From positions 604 through 64,603 of the forward strand of contig CAISDJ010000027.1 in the NCBI GenBank assembly GCA_903884105.1: DNA of 64,000 nucleotides, in the 5' to 3' direction. Shown one piece after another: positions 63,850 through 64,000 of the stretch. The notes beneath the pieces are model-generated. The model was given only the letters and a program-made list of their open reading frames with translations. It ran no database searches and was not told where the DNA came from. Source of the DNA: an uncultured Pseudomonadota bacterium. GTDB lineage: Bacteria > Pseudomonadota > Gammaproteobacteria > Steroidobacterales > Steroidobacteraceae. Every line of letters starts with the position of its first letter. The first letter of the stretch is position 1. Both the position numbers and the translations under genes were made by a program.

Positions 63850-64000
63850 GCCCCGCGCTGGAAGAAGCTGCGCACCGGCGGCGACGCAGGCAGCCGCTGC
63901 TGCAGGGCATCACTACGATGGAAAGTGCGCCCGGTCAGCTGCCGTGGATGTGCTGGGTGGGTTCAGTGCCGCCTGGAAAAAAGGCGAGCGACACGGAATT

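Noticed and set aside
1-64000. Search for CRISPR arrays, tRNA/rRNA genes, integrases, transposases, IS inverted repeats and toxin-antitoxin or defence-type gene pairs.
   Set aside because: None were recognised by eye. The only repeat structures seen are the haem-module coding repeats, the 12-bp HGAW triplet, the AT-rich TTAATGAAT pair and the GGAAGC dyad array. A covariance-model or tRNAscan run would still be needed to exclude small RNAs.

Overview
This is a high-GC (roughly 65%) proteobacterial chromosomal segment. It is densely coded, with many ATGA/TGATG start-stop overlaps. I saw no rRNA, tRNA, CRISPR array, transposase or integrase. Most of the window is ordinary metabolism and transport:
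- an AttFGH-like ABC system, a GT4 glycosyltransferase, kup and a decayed pgl relic;
- a homogentisate pathway cluster (hmgA, fahA, maiA) with a flavin hydroxylase and a small partner protein;
- an imelysin / di-haem peroxidase / DUF1513 cluster with a candidate Fur box;
- an ABCB exporter coupled to a membrane GH17 enzyme;
- three membrane-fusion-protein export systems and sthA.

The standout is 10996-22611. A tight six-gene operon encodes a CcmI-like chaperone, a His-rich membrane protein, a 21-CXXCH cytochrome, a 34-CXXCH cytochrome, a protein ending in an outer-membrane-type beta-barrel fused to SPOR and TPR regions, and a lipoprotein. It is divergently paired with a membrane-anchored FeS-flavoprotein and a Sel1/ankyrin protein. 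I read this as a candidate atypical trans-envelope electron conduit.

Secondary signals are a gene-remnant zone at the right border of a TetR-RND-OMF module, an isolated 40-bp AT-rich element at its left border, a GGAAGC dyad repeat array after sthA, and several candidate operators.
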